From a bacterium (GTDB lineage Bacteria; Gemmatimonadota; Gemmatimonadetes; Gemmatimonadales; Gemmatimonadaceae): a stretch of 28,082 nucleotides of DNA. Both the position numbers and the translations under genes were made by a program. The stretch lies in NCBI GenBank assembly GCA_040005935.1, contig JBDTXZ010000001.1:1-28082 (forward strand), written 5' to 3'. Under the pieces are notes generated by a model. The model did not search any database, had not been told where the DNA came from, and worked only from the letters and a program-made list of their open reading frames with translations. How positions within the stretch are numbered: the stretch's first letter is position 1; each line of letters begins with the position of its first letter. This document shows positions 27,875 to 28,082 of the stretch, piece after piece.

Positions 27875-28080
27875 CCAGCCAGGCTCGCGATTTCTGCGTC
27901 AGCAGGCAGCGCCAGATACCCGTTCTTCAGCGCTTCCATCCAGAGATCCAGCACCAGCACGCGCCACAGGAAATGGCTGTGGTCACGCCGCCCGCTTACA
28001 TGCTCGCGCACGAGGCGCAGCACGCTTGCGTGATCCACGTACTCGTACACACCGCGCTCCTCACGCACCAGCGTGTCGAG
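27871..28080 (-). CDS. 3' end of a further asparagine-synthetase-family gene (continues beyond the window)
   Basis: LVREHVSGRRDHSHFLWRVLVLDLW matches the AsnB C-terminus and the in-window asnB (LVASHTSGEQNHSERLWSLINLEIW). The frame is open to the window edge. Confidence 0.7.
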   Translation of the reverse strand, partial: LDTLVREERGVYEYVDHASVLRLVREHVSGRRDHSHFLWRVLVLDLWMEALKNGYLALPADAEIASLAG

Positions 28081-28082
28081 CC

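Overview
The whole window is part of one large, high-GC (roughly 60-65% by eye) surface-polysaccharide locus that runs off both ends. The style suggests a diderm such as a Gemmatimonadota- or Acidobacteriota-like organism; this is inference only. Core genes: two different nucleotide-sugar 6-dehydrogenases (a WbpA/WecC/TviB-like one, 5'-truncated, and an AlgD-like one), one GT2 and three GT4-type glycosyltransferases, a Wzx flippase, and an exosortase with an intact Cys/Arg/His set followed by EpsI. Tailoring genes are unusually dense: three stand-alone acyltransferase-3 proteins (two clear paralogues), three asparagine-synthetase-fold genes (one canonical, one degenerate with Thr in place of the N-terminal Cys, one 3' fragment), a heparinase II/III-type lyase with no signal peptide, and a closely linked ATP-grasp / PHP / CE4-deacetylase trio. 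Two paralogous exported beta-helix proteins of unknown function are present: a lipoprotein on a stalk of three Ig-like domains, and a stalkless Sec-type copy. Non-coding features include a 28-bp tandem repeat hiding a palindromic operator-like motif in a divergent promoter, a REP-like 83-nt palindrome, a terminator-like hairpin, and a possible 39-codon ORF overlapping both its neighbours. No Wzy, Wza/Wzc, priming transferase, PEP-CTERM protein, RNA gene, CRISPR array or transposase was recognised. The best candidate for an undescribed system is an exosortase-linked polyuronate decorated by amide/amino-acid ligation and O-acylation and processed at the surface by the beta-helix pair. All family calls are by-eye motif recognition; no searches were run.
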